Below, one piece after another: positions 28,614 to 37,489 of a stretch of 64,000 nt of DNA. The notes beneath the pieces were generated by a model. The model made no database searches. It saw only the letters and a list, made by a program, of their open reading frames with translations, and was not told the DNA's origin. The number at the start of each line of letters is the position of its first letter. The stretch's first letter is position 1. The position numbers and the translations under genes were made by a program. This stretch comes from Patescibacteria group bacterium. GTDB taxonomy: Bacteria > Patescibacteriota > Patescibacteriia > Patescibacteriales > UBA12465. The stretch is from assembly GCA_034002925.1 (NCBI GenBank), contig JAVEZP010000004.1:16626-80625 (forward strand), in the 5' to 3' direction.

Positions 28614-29027
28614 ATGTCTTTTTCTGCTTACAATACATGGTATAAGTTACAAAAAACTTTTGTTTCAGCTTTTAAATCTTATTGGCATTATTTACCTAAT
28701 CGTTGGTACTTATTGGTACTATTAATATTACAAGCTGGTCTTTGGTATTTAGCTTATCACATCTTTAATTTAGTGGGCGAAGAGCTCTTTGTTTCGCATT
28801 ATAATGTAGACTTTGGTATTGATGGCATTGGTAGTGCTCAACGTGTTTTTCAGATTCCTTTAATTACTTTAGTTATCTTATTTGTAAATATTGGACTAGT
28901 CGTGACTGTGGCTCGTAAACGGATTTTTCATTTTTTGGCCCACGCACTTACCCTAGCTACTTTATTATTACATTTGTTAGCTTATTTAGCTTTAATGTCT
29001 CTTTATTTAATCAATTTTCTTGCCTAA
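28614..29027 (+). CDS. Hypothetical membrane protein
   Basis: 137-aa ORF with 3-4 TM helices, ending 1 nt before the mraY ATG. Confidence 0.45.
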   Translation: MSFSAYNTWYKLQKTFVSAFKSYWHYLPNRWYLLVLLILQAGLWYLAYHIFNLVGEELFVSHYNVDFGIDGIGSAQRVFQIPLITLVILFVNIGLVVTVARKRIFHFLAHALTLATLLLHLLAYLALMSLYLINFLA

Positions 29028-29028
29028 T

Positions 29029-30078
29029 ATGACAATTTTCTACATTGTTAAAATATTGCTTTTATCTACTTTAGCTTTCATTTTTGCGATTGCGCTGACA
29101 CCACTGTTAACTAATTTTTTATATAAGTATAAGTTAGGTAAGCAGATTCGTAATAATGGCGAGACTCCCATTTTTAGTAAATTACATGCGCATAAAGCTG
29201 GGACTCCAACTATGGGTGGCATTTTAATTTGGGGTACAGTTTTGGTCTTTATGGTTTTTTTCTCCTTTCTAGCTGATGTAATGCCAGGGGAGATTTTTAA
29301 ATATTTAAATTTTTTCTCTCGTTCGGAAACTCTTTTGCCTCTAGGGGTATTGGTGGCGAGTGCTATTATTGGTTTAATTGATGATTGGTTGGATGTGAGT
29401 GGACATGGTGTCTTTGGCGGCGGTGGTTTAAAATTACGTCATCGGCTTTTAATTTATACTTTGATTGCTTTAGCGGGAGCAGCTTGGTTTTATTTCAAAT
29501 TAGATTGGACGGTATTTCATATTCCTTTTTTGGGTAATTTTGAAATTTCTTGGTGGTATATCCCAGTGTTTGTGTTTGTAATTGTAGCTACCTCTTTTTC
29601 GGTTAATGAAAGCGATGGTTTAGATGGTTTAGCGGGGGGCACTTTGTTAATTGCCTTTGCTGCTTATGCAGTTATTGCTTTTGCGATGGGTCGTTATGAT
29701 TTAGCTGCTTTCTGTGGGGTGATTTTAGGCGCTCTATTGGCCTTTCTTTGGTTTAATATTCCTCCAGCTCGTTTTTATATGGGGGACACAGGCGCGATGA
29801 GTCTCGGGGTGACACTGGGAGTAATTGCTATGCTGACAAATAGCGCTTTATTGTTGCCCTTAATTGGTTTAATTTTTATGATTGAATCTCTGTCAGTGAT
29901 TATTCAAGTGCTGTCTAAAAAATTACGGGGCAAAAAAGTATTTTTATCCTCTCCTATTCATCATCATTTTCAAGCGATTGGTTGGTCAGAGGCTAAAATT
30001 GTGATGCGCTTTTGGGTAATTGCTGCTTTGGGCACTATTTTGGCTTTAATTATTTTCTTAGTTGACCGTCAGTGGTAA
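29029..30078 (+). CDS. mraY: Phospho-N-acetylmuramoyl-pentapeptide transferase
   Basis: GTPTMGG, NESDGLDGLAGG, MGDTGAMSLG, PIHHHF. The ATG at 29029 is preferred over the TTG at 29020. Confidence 0.92.
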   Translation: MTIFYIVKILLLSTLAFIFAIALTPLLTNFLYKYKLGKQIRNNGETPIFSKLHAHKAGTPTMGGILIWGTVLVFMVFFSFLADVMPGEIFKYLNFFSRSETLLPLGVLVASAIIGLIDDWLDVSGHGVFGGGGLKLRHRLLIYTLIALAGAAWFYFKLDWTVFHIPFLGNFEISWWYIPVFVFVIVATSFSVNESDGLDGLAGGTLLIAFAAYAVIAFAMGRYDLAAFCGVILGALLAFLWFNIPPARFYMGDTGAMSLGVTLGVIAMLTNSALLLPLIGLIFMIESLSVIIQVLSKKLRGKKVFLSSPIHHHFQAIGWSEAKIVMRFWVIAALGTILALIIFLVDRQW

Positions 30079-30089
30079 TTTTGTTTTAC

Positions 30090-31235
30090 ATGTTTAAAAA
30101 AATACGCCATTTTCTAGAAAGAGCTAAAAAAGCGGGTCCAGCTGATCCGTGGCTTTTATTTTCTGCCGCCTCTTTATTAATTATTGGTTTAGTGATGCTA
30201 TCAAGTGCTTCCGCGATTGTCTCTTATGCCAATTTTCATAATACTTATCACTACTTTTTCAAACAATTATTTGCAGTGGTGGTGAGTTTAGGTTTTTTTA
30301 CTATTTTTTATTTTGTTGATTATCGCTTTTGGCGTCGTTTTGCGGTTTGGGCCTTATTAGCCTCGATTGTTTTATTAATTCTGGTTTTTATTCCTGGCTT
30401 ACGTTCAGAGTATGGTACGGCTAGAAGTTGGATTGTAATTTTTGGACAATCATTTCAGCCGGCCGAATTGGTAAAACTCACATTTTTAATTTATTTAGCT
30501 ACTTGGCTAGAAGCCAAAAAAGGACAACTACAAGAAGCGGGTAGTGGTATTATTCCATTTTTAAGTAGTTTATTAATTATTGGTGCTTTAATGATGGCTC
30601 AGCCTGATTTAGGTACTTTATTTATTATTTTATTTTCTTCTTTCGTGGCCTTTTTTGTTGCCGGCGGCAAATTTTCTCATATCATTATTACTATTTTACT
30701 AGCTATATTAGCTTTGGGACTACTGTTGTATGCGAGTGCTTCTTATCGTAATGCTCGTTTTCTGTGTTATCAAAACCCTAATTACAGCACTCAAAAAGAA
30801 TGTTATCAAATTAATCAATCTTTAATTGCGGTTGGTTCTGGCGGTTTGTTTGGTAGGGGCTTAGGAGAGAGTAGACAAAAATTTATGTATTTGCCTGAAG
30901 TTTGGGGAGACGCTATTTTTCCAATTATTGCGGAAGAGATTGGTTTTGTTTTCAGTACTGGCTTACTCATGTTGTTTGCTTTGTTGTTTTATCGAGGTTT
31001 AAAAATAGCTCGTTATGCACCCGATGCTTATGGCACAGCTTTGGCGGTGGGAATAGTGGCTTGGTTGTCAGTACAAACTTTTCTTAATATTGGCGGGATG
31101 GTGAATTTAATTCCGATGACCGGTGTCCCTTTGCCTTTTATTTCGGCTGGCGGGTCTTCAATCTTGTCCCTCGCTATGGCCATAGGTATATTAGCTAATA
31201 TTAGTAAACATGCACAGTATGAGCGCAGAAAATAG
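30090..31235 (+). CDS. ftsW: SEDS-family peptidoglycan polymerase FtsW/RodA
   Basis: Ten TM segments; QPAELVK, PDLGT, GLGESRQKFMYLPEVWGDAIF, VPLPFISAGGSS. Confidence 0.88.
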   Translation: MFKKIRHFLERAKKAGPADPWLLFSAASLLIIGLVMLSSASAIVSYANFHNTYHYFFKQLFAVVVSLGFFTIFYFVDYRFWRRFAVWALLASIVLLILVFIPGLRSEYGTARSWIVIFGQSFQPAELVKLTFLIYLATWLEAKKGQLQEAGSGIIPFLSSLLIIGALMMAQPDLGTLFIILFSSFVAFFVAGGKFSHIIITILLAILALGLLLYASASYRNARFLCYQNPNYSTQKECYQINQSLIAVGSGGLFGRGLGESRQKFMYLPEVWGDAIFPIIAEEIGFVFSTGLLMLFALLFYRGLKIARYAPDAYGTALAVGIVAWLSVQTFLNIGGMVNLIPMTGVPLPFISAGGSSILSLAMAIGILANISKHAQYERRK

Positions 31236-32319
31236 AAAAAAATTAGTCATTTTATCAGGCGGCGGTACGGGCGGTCCAAGCACTGTGCCCTTAGCTTTGG
31301 GTCAGGCTTTAAGGCTTAAAGATAAAGATATTGACTTTATTTTTATTGGCTCGAATCCTGTTTTAGAAAAAAAGTTATTTGTCCAAATTTTTAAAGAACT
31401 AGCTATTGAATACAAATCTTTTCCAGCGGGGAAATGGCGACGCTATTTTGCTTGGCAAAATTTTTTGGATATTTTTCGAGTGTTTTATGCTTTTGTCTTG
31501 GCTTATTTTTGGTTTAAGAAAATTAAGCCTGATTTATTTATTTCAGCTGGTTCTTTTGCTAGTGTTCCTTTAGCTTGGGCAGCTAAATTGCGAGGAATAA
31601 AAATTGTAATTCATCAGCAAGATTTGCGTCCAGGCTTAGCTAATCGTTTAATGGCCAAAACAGCCGATTTAATTAGCACGGCCTTTGAGCAATCAGTTAA
31701 AGATTATGGTCGCAAAGCTGTATGTTTAGGCAATCCACTGCTACAAGAACAATTGTCTCAAGATTTGTCTTCTCGGCTCTTGCAAGAGTTAAATTTAAAA
31801 AAAGAAGAACCAGTCTTACTATTAGCTGGTGGGGCTAGTGGAGCAGTGGCTTTAAATAAATTATTAGTAGAGGCTTTACCTTTTTTACCTCCTAATTGGC
31901 AGATTATTCATCAAACTGGTTCGGGCAAGACAATTGAGGTTAGTAGATTAAATTATTATCAGTTTGAAACTTTAGCCCATGAAGACTTTAATGCTTTACT
32001 CAATCGGGCCGATATAGTGCTGTCACGAGCGGGTTTAGGTGCTTTAACTGAATTTTCAGCTTTGGCTAAAACAGTAGTTTTAATACCAATGCCCCAAACT
32101 CATCAAGAAGATAATGCCCAATATTTTGCTCTTAAAAAAGCGGCTTTATATTGGCCACAAACAGAACTAAGCGGTGAAGTGTTAGCCCATAAATTACTTT
32201 CTCTGTGGCGAGATACAGAGCAGAGAAGAATGTTGCAAGAGAATATAAAGACAATCATGCCGCCTCAGGCTGCTACTAAAGGCGCTTCACTAATTTATAA
32301 ATTAATTTATGAATCTTAA
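31210..32319 (+). CDS. murG: UDP-GlcNAc:lipid I GlcNAc transferase MurG
   Basis: LSGGGTGG N-terminus and the RAGLGALTEFSALAKTVVLIP C-terminal region. Overlaps the ftsW end; an alternative ATG lies at 31219. Confidence 0.88.
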   Translation: MHSMSAENRKKLVILSGGGTGGPSTVPLALGQALRLKDKDIDFIFIGSNPVLEKKLFVQIFKELAIEYKSFPAGKWRRYFAWQNFLDIFRVFYAFVLAYFWFKKIKPDLFISAGSFASVPLAWAAKLRGIKIVIHQQDLRPGLANRLMAKTADLISTAFEQSVKDYGRKAVCLGNPLLQEQLSQDLSSRLLQELNLKKEEPVLLLAGGASGAVALNKLLVEALPFLPPNWQIIHQTGSGKTIEVSRLNYYQFETLAHEDFNALLNRADIVLSRAGLGALTEFSALAKTVVLIPMPQTHQEDNAQYFALKKAALYWPQTELSGEVLAHKLLSLWRDTEQRRMLQENIKTIMPPQAATKGASLIYKLIYES

Positions 32320-33736
32320 GAAATATCACAATTTTTATTTTATCGGCATTAAAGGCGTGGGCATGACTATGTTAGCTCAGTTTTTAAAAAATCTGAGTAA
32401 AGAAGTATCGGGCTCAGATATTAGTGATGTTTTTATGACTGATCAAGTTTTAAAGAAAGCTAAGATTAAAGTATGGGCTGGTTTTCAAGCGGAACGAGTG
32501 ATGAAACAAAAAATAATTATTCATTCTAGTGCCTATACCATTGAAAATAATGAGGAAGTAGCGGCTGCTTATGAGCAGGCAAAATTAGGCGACAGTATTG
32601 TCTTAAATTACGCTCAGGCCATCGGGGCTTTATTTAGTTCATATAAAGGTATTGCAGTGTGCGGTAGTCACGGTAAAACCACCACCTCTGCTTGGCTGGG
32701 TTTTGTCTGGCAACAATTAGCTTTATCGCCCAATATCTTAGTCGGTGCTAGAGTGCCACAATTAAAAGGCAGTGCGGTTTTAGGTAAATCTTCTTATTTT
32801 ATTGCTGAGGCAGATGAGTATCAAAACAAGTTGCAATATTTTAAACCTTATGGCGTAGTTTTAAATAATATTGAATTTGATCATCCGGATTATTTTAAAA
32901 GTCAGAAGGCCTATTATCAGGTCTTCGCTGATTTTGTTAAAAAAATCCCCAGTTCTGGGTTTTTAGTGGCCAACGCTCAAGATGAACAAGTGAAAAAAAT
33001 AATACAATTATCTCCTAGTCGAGTGATATCTTATGCTTTGGCTGATAATTTTAATACAGAGAAAGAGAAAACAGGACTCACTCTCTTAGCTCATTCTGTA
33101 GGCAGAAAAGGAATATATCAAACTTTTCAAGTAAATGATTTTGGCCAATTTAAAATTCGTCTTTTTGGTCGTCATAATATTGCTAATGCTTTAGCGGTGA
33201 TTGCTTCAGTTGTCGCTTTAGGTATTTCTCCTGAGCTGGTAAAAAAGCCTTTGGCTCAATTTAAAGGCACAGCTAGACGTTCCGAATTAATGGGTAGCTA
33301 TAAAGGAACTCTAATTTATGATGATTATGGCCATCATCCCACTGAGGTCTTAAAAACAATTCAAGCTTTTAAAGAATTTTATCCGTCAAAAAGATTAATT
33401 GTAATTTTTCATCCCCATACCTTTACTCGCACCAAGGCTTTATTTAAAGACTTTGTTTCCAGTTTTAACGCGGCTGATTATTTAGGAGTGCTTACCATCT
33501 ATGGCTCTGCTCGTGAAGTGCAAGGAGGTGTATCTAGTCAAGACTTAGTTAAAGCAATTAATAAGAGGAATAAAACTAGAGACAAGGCTAAACACCAGCT
33601 AAAAAAGGTAGTATATTTAAAAGATTTTGAAGTAGCGCTTAAATGGTTAAGGCAAGAAATTAAAAAAGATGATGTTGTTTTGCTCTTGGGGGCTGGTGAT
33701 GTTTTTAGAGTGGGAGAGAAGTTGCTGAAAAAATAA
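32309..33736 (+). CDS. murC: UDP-N-acetylmuramate--L-alanine ligase
   Basis: FIGIKGVGMTMLAQFL, GSHGKTTTSAW, EADEY, DDYGHHPTE. Confidence 0.9.
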   Translation: MNLKKYHNFYFIGIKGVGMTMLAQFLKNLSKEVSGSDISDVFMTDQVLKKAKIKVWAGFQAERVMKQKIIIHSSAYTIENNEEVAAAYEQAKLGDSIVLNYAQAIGALFSSYKGIAVCGSHGKTTTSAWLGFVWQQLALSPNILVGARVPQLKGSAVLGKSSYFIAEADEYQNKLQYFKPYGVVLNNIEFDHPDYFKSQKAYYQVFADFVKKIPSSGFLVANAQDEQVKKIIQLSPSRVISYALADNFNTEKEKTGLTLLAHSVGRKGIYQTFQVNDFGQFKIRLFGRHNIANALAVIASVVALGISPELVKKPLAQFKGTARRSELMGSYKGTLIYDDYGHHPTEVLKTIQAFKEFYPSKRLIVIFHPHTFTRTKALFKDFVSSFNAADYLGVLTIYGSAREVQGGVSSQDLVKAINKRNKTRDKAKHQLKKVVYLKDFEVALKWLRQEIKKDDVVLLLGAGDVFRVGEKLLKK

Positions 33737-33772
33737 TTCAGGCGATTGTTTTAATTAGGAATTAGAGATAAT

Positions 33773-33800
33773 AAAAAACCCGATTAATTCGGGTTTGTGT
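33773..33800. terminator. Bidirectional intrinsic terminator
   Basis: AAAAAACCCGA-ttaat-TCGGGTTTGTGTTTT between convergent murC and the minus-strand ORF. Confidence 0.65.
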
Positions 33801-33801
33801 T

Positions 33802-34425
33802 TTATTGCTCCATCTTTTTTAAGATGGCTTCGGCCATCATCACTCTAATAGGATCACTTAAATCATCTTTAAAATTTTGTCTTAGTGTGAGATAAAGATT
33901 TTCTGTTTCGATGACGCTAAGTTTTCTGATGGCTACTTTGATAGTTTTAAGGGCTGCCACCGCACTCCAGAGATTTTGTGGTTGGGGCATAAAAAGGGCG
34001 TCATGAACTTTTATGCCAATTTCCAAATTAGCTATTAAGTGGACTAAGTGTTGCCAATTTTTGATTAAAAAATCATCGGCGCTCACCCATAAGATTGTGT
34101 AATTGTCTCTAGCCTCTTTAAACATTTTTATTTTTGTGTCTAAATTGGCTAAATCGAATTCATCTTGATATTTCTTTTGTAGAATGGGGATGATAATAGG
34201 AGTATTGTTTTGGTTGAACTTAAGGGTTTCGTTGAGACCCCAATCTTTTAAAGGAATGTTTTCTAAGATATAGGCTAGTGCTTGTCCGCTTAAAAGATTT
34301 AATTCAAGTGTTTGCACTAATTCTTTTATAAGTGTTGGAGAGGCTCTCAGAATTAGTTCTGAGGCTTCGTCATAGTTTTTTTGTTCCCACAACTTGATAA
34401 TTTCAATTTTTAGATTTTGTTCCAT
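33802..34425 (-). CDS. Hypothetical all-helical protein
   Basis: 207-aa ORF on the opposite strand inside the mur cluster; no recognisable motif. Confidence 0.45.
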   Translation of the reverse strand: MEQNLKIEIIKLWEQKNYDEASELILRASPTLIKELVQTLELNLLSGQALAYILENIPLKDWGLNETLKFNQNNTPIIIPILQKKYQDEFDLANLDTKIKMFKEARDNYTILWVSADDFLIKNWQHLVHLIANLEIGIKVHDALFMPQPQNLWSAVAALKTIKVAIRKLSVIETENLYLTLRQNFKDDLSDPIRVMMAEAILKKMEQ

Positions 34426-34536
34426 GTGTATAATTTTTTGGTTATTTAATTGTTAAAGAATTCCTGTTACTTTATTACTATTCGTCTATTTTGTCAATGG
34501 AAAATGAAATAAATTTGGCTAATTTTGTAATATTTA

Positions 34537-34565
34537 TTGATTTATTTCGTATACTATAGTATAAA
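34537..34565 (+). promoter_or_regulatory. Candidate promoter for the ABC exporter gene
   Basis: TTGATT, 17-nt spacer, TATAAA. Overlaps the 14-bp palindrome TATACTATAGTATA (34550-34563). Confidence 0.4.
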
Positions 34566-34589
34566 AACAGATTAGAGAATATTAATTTT

Positions 34590-36395
34590 ATGAGTGTTAA
34601 CGAAAAACACAAAGAACAAAATAATCAAGAAAAGAAGGCGAGTCTGAGTTGGTCAGAGTTTTGGCGTTCTCTTTGGTCTTTTTTAATTCCTTTTCAAAAA
34701 TTAATTATTAGCATTCTGGCTTTAATTTTATTAATTTCTGCTCTTGATTTACTTAAACCTTATATTCTGAAGTTACTGATTGATGCTTTGTATGATTTTG
34801 CTAATATTGATTTTAATTTTTTACTCTGGTTAATCTTAATCTATTTAGGCACTGATCAAATTAGATCACTGTTTCAGTATTTTAATGATCGCTTTATTCT
34901 TAAATTATTAGTGAAGCTAGAATATCATCTTGGCATCAAAGCTCAAGCTAAATTATTAGAATTGAGTCTTTCCTATCACGAGCAAGAAAATACTGGGGCT
35001 AAGATTGTAAAGATTGAAAGAGGAGTCGACCGTATTTCTACTTTAGTCAATAATATTGCTTGGGAAGTTGGTCCTACTTTAGTGCAATTTGTCTTCACCT
35101 TGGCTGCTTTATTTTGGGCTAATTTATTTATTGGCCTTTCTTTTCTGTTCTTTGCCCCTCTTTTTATTTTTGTCACTTATTGGGCTAACGCTAAAATGCA
35201 TCCGGTGAGAAAAGAGATATATCGTTCTTATGAAAAAGCTTCTGGTAAAATGGCGCAATCTATTATTAATATTAATGCGGTCCAATCTTTTGTGCAGGAA
35301 GAAAGAGAATTGTCAGACTTTGAAAGTATTAAAGCCTCAGTCCGTGATAATGAAAACAAGCAGTGGAGCTGGATGATAAAGATAGGATTAGGGCGGAACT
35401 TAATTGTTGATATTGGCCGAGCCGCGGTTTTGTTTTTAGGTGTTTATCTGACTTATCTAGGTCAAATTAGTGTTGGTACCCTTATTTTTGCCTTTACCTT
35501 AAGCGAAAAAGCCTATGCTTCGCTGTATCGTCTTTCTCGTTTCTATGACCGCATGGAAGAGGGTCGAGAAGGGGTTAGTCGTCTCTTGAAACTTTTAGAG
35601 GCAAAAACAGAGATTGTTGAAAAAGAAGGAGCTATAGAGCTAAAAAAACTAGAAGGGAATATTGAATTTAAAAATACTACTTTTGTCTATCGTGAGTCTC
35701 ATTTGCGTGCTTTAGATGATGTTTCCTTTAAAATTCCAGCTGGAAGCACAGTGGCTTTAGTGGGGCCTTCGGGTGGGGGCAAAACTACGGTAGCAAAATT
35801 GATCTATCGTCACTATGATCCTTTAGCGGGTGATGTTTTTGTGGACAATTATAATCTAAAAGATTTGAAGGTTAGTAATTATCGTCAATTTCTAGCGATT
35901 GTTCCTCAAGAGGTAGAGATTTTTGACGTGAGTGTACGTGATAATATTGCCTATGCTAATATTAATGCTAGTCAAAAAGATATTGAAGCAGCTGCTAAAA
36001 TAGCTAACGCAGAGGAGTTTATTTTAAAACTAGATCAGCAATATGATACTATGGTAGGAGAAAGAGGCGTGAAATTATCTGGCGGACAGAGACAAAGATT
36101 AGGTATTGCTCGGGCTATTTTAGCGAATCCTAAAATCCTTATTTTCGATGAAGCTACTTCTAATTTAGATAGTCAAAGTGAGCGCTTGATCCAAGAGGCT
36201 TTAGCTAAATTATCTAAAGATAGAACGCTTATTATTATTGCTCATAGATTAAGCACAATTAAGAGAGCAGATAAAATTATTGTGCTAGAAAAAGGCAAGG
36301 TGGTGGAAGAGGGCAGTCATTTAGAACTAGCTAATGTTTCTGGCGGTCTTTATGCGAAACTTTTAAAACTACAAGAAATGGGAGATATTGACTAA
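34590..36395 (+). CDS. ABC exporter, fused permease/ATPase (MsbA/ABCB type)
   Basis: Six-TM N-terminal domain; GPSGGGKTT (Walker A), LSGGQRQRLGIARA (signature), ILIFDEATSNLD (Walker B). Confidence 0.88.
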   Translation: MSVNEKHKEQNNQEKKASLSWSEFWRSLWSFLIPFQKLIISILALILLISALDLLKPYILKLLIDALYDFANIDFNFLLWLILIYLGTDQIRSLFQYFNDRFILKLLVKLEYHLGIKAQAKLLELSLSYHEQENTGAKIVKIERGVDRISTLVNNIAWEVGPTLVQFVFTLAALFWANLFIGLSFLFFAPLFIFVTYWANAKMHPVRKEIYRSYEKASGKMAQSIININAVQSFVQEERELSDFESIKASVRDNENKQWSWMIKIGLGRNLIVDIGRAAVLFLGVYLTYLGQISVGTLIFAFTLSEKAYASLYRLSRFYDRMEEGREGVSRLLKLLEAKTEIVEKEGAIELKKLEGNIEFKNTTFVYRESHLRALDDVSFKIPAGSTVALVGPSGGGKTTVAKLIYRHYDPLAGDVFVDNYNLKDLKVSNYRQFLAIVPQEVEIFDVSVRDNIAYANINASQKDIEAAAKIANAEEFILKLDQQYDTMVGERGVKLSGGQRQRLGIARAILANPKILIFDEATSNLDSQSERLIQEALAKLSKDRTLIIIAHRLSTIKRADKIIVLEKGKVVEEGSHLELANVSGGLYAKLLKLQEMGDID

Positions 36396-36440
36396 AGTTC
36401 AGAGTGGACTTTTAGCTTTAATTTAAGTTATAATACTTGT

Positions 36441-37463
36441 ATGTTAGAGATTAAAGAAAATATAGATTTAAGACCATATACCACTCTTAAAATTGGCTCA
36501 TTAGCTGATTATTTTGCGGTTTTAAAAGAAGAACAAGATCTATTTGAAGCAATTGATTTTGCTAGAGATAATAGTCTGAACATTTTGATTTTAGGTGGTG
36601 GCTCTAATCTTTTAATTTCTCAACCAGTGAAAGCGCTAGTTTTAAAAAATGAGATAAAAGGTATTAAAAAAATCAAAGAAGATGATGAAAGAGTGTGGCT
36701 TCAGGGTCAGTCTGGAGAATTGTGGAGCGCTTTTGTTTATTTTGCCATTGAACAAGGTTGGGGTGGCGTTGAGAATCTATTTTACGTGCCAGGTACGGTT
36801 GGGGCCGCTCCTATTCAAAACATTGGCGCCTATGGCGTGGAATTAAAAGACACTTTTTTTGAATTAGAAGCTATTGATTTAAAAACTAAAGAGAGAAAAG
36901 TCTTTAATGTGAATGATTGTGAATTTGGCTATCGGCAGTCGGTATTTAAAGGCAAATATCGTAATCGTTATTTTGTATTATCAGTCACTCTACGCTTAAG
37001 TAAGAGACCTCAACTTAAGTTAGATTATGGTGATATTAAAACTAGTTTATTAGCCAAAGGTATTGAGCAGCCTAGTTTACAAGAATTAGCTCAGACCATT
37101 AAAGAAATTAGAGACAGTAAATTACCTAATCCGACTATCTTGCCTAACGCCGGCTCTTTTTTTAAGAATCCAGAAATTTTAGAGGCTGATTTTATTAAGC
37201 TTCAAGCTACTTATCCAGAGATTAAATTTTTTCCTGGTTCCAAAGAAGGTTTAATTAAAATACCGGCTGGCTGGTTAATTGAGCGGGCTGGTTTTAAGGG
37301 TAAGCGTTTTGGTGATTTAGCAATGTATGAGAAACAAGCCTTGATTTTAGTAAATTATGGCAGTGCGAGTGCAGCTGAAGCTTTAGAGCATATTAAGCGG
37401 GTGCAAACTGGAGTTCAAGAAAAATTTGCTATTAATTTAGAGCCTGAAGTGAATATTATTTAA
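36441..37463 (+). CDS. murB: UDP-N-acetylenolpyruvoylglucosamine reductase
   Basis: FAD-binding ILGGGSNLL, GTVGAAPIQNIGAYG, NAGSFFKNP, AGWLIERAGFKG. Confidence 0.9.
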   Translation: MLEIKENIDLRPYTTLKIGSLADYFAVLKEEQDLFEAIDFARDNSLNILILGGGSNLLISQPVKALVLKNEIKGIKKIKEDDERVWLQGQSGELWSAFVYFAIEQGWGGVENLFYVPGTVGAAPIQNIGAYGVELKDTFFELEAIDLKTKERKVFNVNDCEFGYRQSVFKGKYRNRYFVLSVTLRLSKRPQLKLDYGDIKTSLLAKGIEQPSLQELAQTIKEIRDSKLPNPTILPNAGSFFKNPEILEADFIKLQATYPEIKFFPGSKEGLIKIPAGWLIERAGFKGKRFGDLAMYEKQALILVNYGSASAAEALEHIKRVQTGVQEKFAINLEPEVNII

Positions 37464-37489
37464 TAACATTATCTTAAAATATTTTAAAT

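Noticed and set aside
34550-34563. 14-bp perfect palindrome TATACTATAGTATA upstream of the ABC exporter as a specific operator.
   Set aside because: It consists purely of A/T plus one C/G pair in very AT-rich DNA and overlaps the -10 region. Chance occurrence cannot be excluded without conservation data.
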